Assembly: GCA_964658305.1 (NCBI GenBank)
Contig: OZ210885.1
Location: forward strand, 7,192,001 to 7,256,000
Origin: Leptogorgia sarmentosa
Taxonomy: Eukaryota
Direction: 5' to 3'
Length of the DNA stretch: 64,000 nucleotides
Positions 61,579-64,000 of this stretch are shown piece by piece. The notes beneath the pieces are model-generated. The model was not told the DNA's origin. It did no database searches and saw nothing but the letters and a program-made list of their open reading frames with translations. The position numbers were made by a program, and so were the translations under genes. How positions within the stretch are numbered: the stretch's first letter is position 1; each line of letters starts with the position of its first letter.

Positions 61579-64000
61579 CTGAAAAATAAATATACACAAC
61601 AGTGTCATGATATATCCTCGCAAAATCATAAAATTAGGCCTACATATTATCGTTCTTGCCTTTGCAACTTATTTTTAACATGGATAACTTTTTGATAGAA
61701 AAAAGTAAAACTGATAAAACTAGTCGCCCTTACTAATTTACATTATATAATAAAATTACGATATTATTTCTTTGAAGAGTTTTGATTGGTTAAGAGCTGT
61801 GTATGAAATGGTTACATCCGTTCGCCAAAAAACGTATATGACATTTGGACGTAATTTTCTCGTTCATTGAAAATTCACATACGACATTATTTTCAAAAAT
61901 CTCGTCTATAATGAGAATTGTCTATTATATTATTGAATTCGGCTCTCGTAGGAAATGCGGAATTATCAGTTCCTTGCGTCTGCAGATAACACAAATCTCT
62001 GCTTCAATAATTGAACATTAATAGTAGGCGAATTTTCAAAACCTTTCATTTCTCAGTAAACGTAGTCGCGATAGGACCATGGAAAATTCAGTTTGAGAAT
62101 CGAGCAGATCTCGTGCGAATATCAGAGTTGGCATTTAAAAAATTCCTAATGTAAGCAATACATAAATGGTGTCAGCCAGTTTATTATCTTATAAGCCAAA
62201 GAGGAATCTCAAACCGTCGAGTCGCTCTTCTCTGCAATCCATAATACCCTTTGAAGTAAATTTCTACCGCACGATCGTTTCACGGAACTCAATTACATCA
62301 GTAACTGGTTCTATTATCGCACAACATGAAACTTCGATCTGGCTTCGTTGGTAGTTTATGGTTGTAGAAAGCAAAGTTAAAGTGAAGTGATTAGTGCTCT
62401 CTTTGCAGACTTGGGCAGATGTTTTCCTTTACCCGAAGACAAGTCCAGTATGGAATTCCCATGATTACGCCGGGTTTGTTTTTATATTCAGTCTGTAACC
62501 AAATAATACAGGTTCTGGTTGCGCGTGACGCAATGTAAGGCAAGACAAAGGAAGGGAAGGTAAGACAACGCAAGAAGTGTGCACGTAAGGGAAATTACGG
62601 GGTATAAGAAAGGCGAAGAAAGAATATTCCATAACAAGCTGAAGCATACAATCCTGGACAAAAGTTGTTCTAAATCCAACTCTTTCCTCCAGAATTCAAT
62701 GTTGTCACGTGAAATCGCAACAAAACATTGCAGGGCATTAGCAAACACGACGCGAAGTCAGCGGGGATGTGAAAATGGCGCGGCATGGGAGATTTTTTAC
62801 TTCCGGTTGAGTCCAGGACGTCGCACATGTTTCGTGGAGGACGGCATCTGGGCTGTTTTCACCAGAACGTAACATATGAATGCTTGTTTTCAAACATATT
62901 TTCCTTGCTAGTTCTGAATTTTATTTTGATTGACAAACGTACGCCTGAATAACTCAACGGGTTTTAGCTGCCTTAATTCTTAGCAAACATTTTAATCGCC
63001 AAAATAAAATGATCAAAATATATAGGTACGTTGGTTCAATGTTACTCGTTTTATACCAAATCAAACATTTTAGAATACAAAAGTTGGATGAAAACAACCC
63101 GACGTTAAAATAAACAAGTAAAAATAGAAATAAGATAAATTTGAAACATTTGAACATAAGAAAACAGATTTCACTTTATTTGCCCTAAAAAACTGTGTAT
63201 TGATACATATTCAAACACATGACGGAAAAAAATGGCAACATTGAAATCACTTTTAAATATCGTTAAATTACATCCAGTTGGACCTAAATATGGATATTGA
63301 TATCGAACAGTTTTACTGAACGGAAAATGGAGTATTTATGTTGCAAAAATTACTTGCAGATTTGCGATTTCAAAACCGCTAAAAGACCGATAAAACTGTC
63401 TTTTCCAAAGAAATTAAACTCATTAAAGTGTTACTCAAAAATCTTCAGAAAAATCTTCTTGCTTGCTTTTTGCCTAGTTTATGACAAATTTAAAAATAGG
63501 TACACAAAGTGTACATGTATCTGCGCCTATGTGAGGTTGCGCCTATGTAGCTTGATGATCAAGTCTTATTTGTTTTCAGCTTTTCGATACACGCATCTTA
63601 TCTGTCCCTAATACGCGATCTTGCATGTATAAAATGGTTTACTGCTAGGGAATAGGCGAATAGCGCAAAAAAATACTAGGCAAGACGTGAGGTTGTGCGG
63701 AGACGTATTCAATACTTGATATAAGCTTTCATGACTATCTCGCATTCCGGAATTCCCGCGGTCATATATCAAATTGCATAAGGAATTGAAACTTGACGAC
63801 ATATGATATCGCGTTTTATGTTATTGCGTCTTTAATAGACACAGCGCTTTGCGATTGTTTGTGAAAAATGTGGCTCTCTAAAAACCAAATTTACCCTTTT
63901 CAATACCGTATTATAATAATATATTTATACACAATATATTCCGTCCATTCATGCGCATTTGCGTAGACGCTAAAGTGTATGTATGATCGGTATGCGCATT

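Noticed and set aside
62488..63802. Further upstream exons of the WD40 gene
   Set aside because: Short minus-strand ORFs lack convincing splice pairs and any NACHT or helical-domain similarity.

Overview
AT-rich, intron-containing animal genomic DNA; the gene and repeat repertoire looks invertebrate and probably cnidarian (inference, not tested). From left to right: (1) the 5' three coding exons of a minus-strand immunoglobulin-superfamily gene (signal peptide plus two Ig domains), running off the left edge; (2) MITEs and a decayed DIRS-type RT fragment; (3) an apparently intact 4,009-bp hAT transposon (10231-14239, 11-bp TIRs, perfect 8-bp TSD) with a 4-exon, 953-aa transposase carrying an N-terminal 22-aa tandem repeat; (4) a Gypsy integrase relic; (5) an intronless plus-strand NLR-like gene, DZIP3-type HEPN + coiled coil + NACHT + WD40-like propeller (23234-27438), split by one frameshift between HEPN and NACHT; (6) a 3-kb rearranged cluster of tRNA genes and pseudogenes (Asn, Pro, His, Thr, Glu, Gly bodies), some with shifted anticodons, ending at an LTR-gag relic; (7) ten phase-compatible exons of a large minus-strand WD40-repeat gene, probably the C-terminal part of an NWD-like NACHT-WD40 protein, convergent with gene 5 and continuing off the right edge. 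All calls were made by eye; no searches were run.
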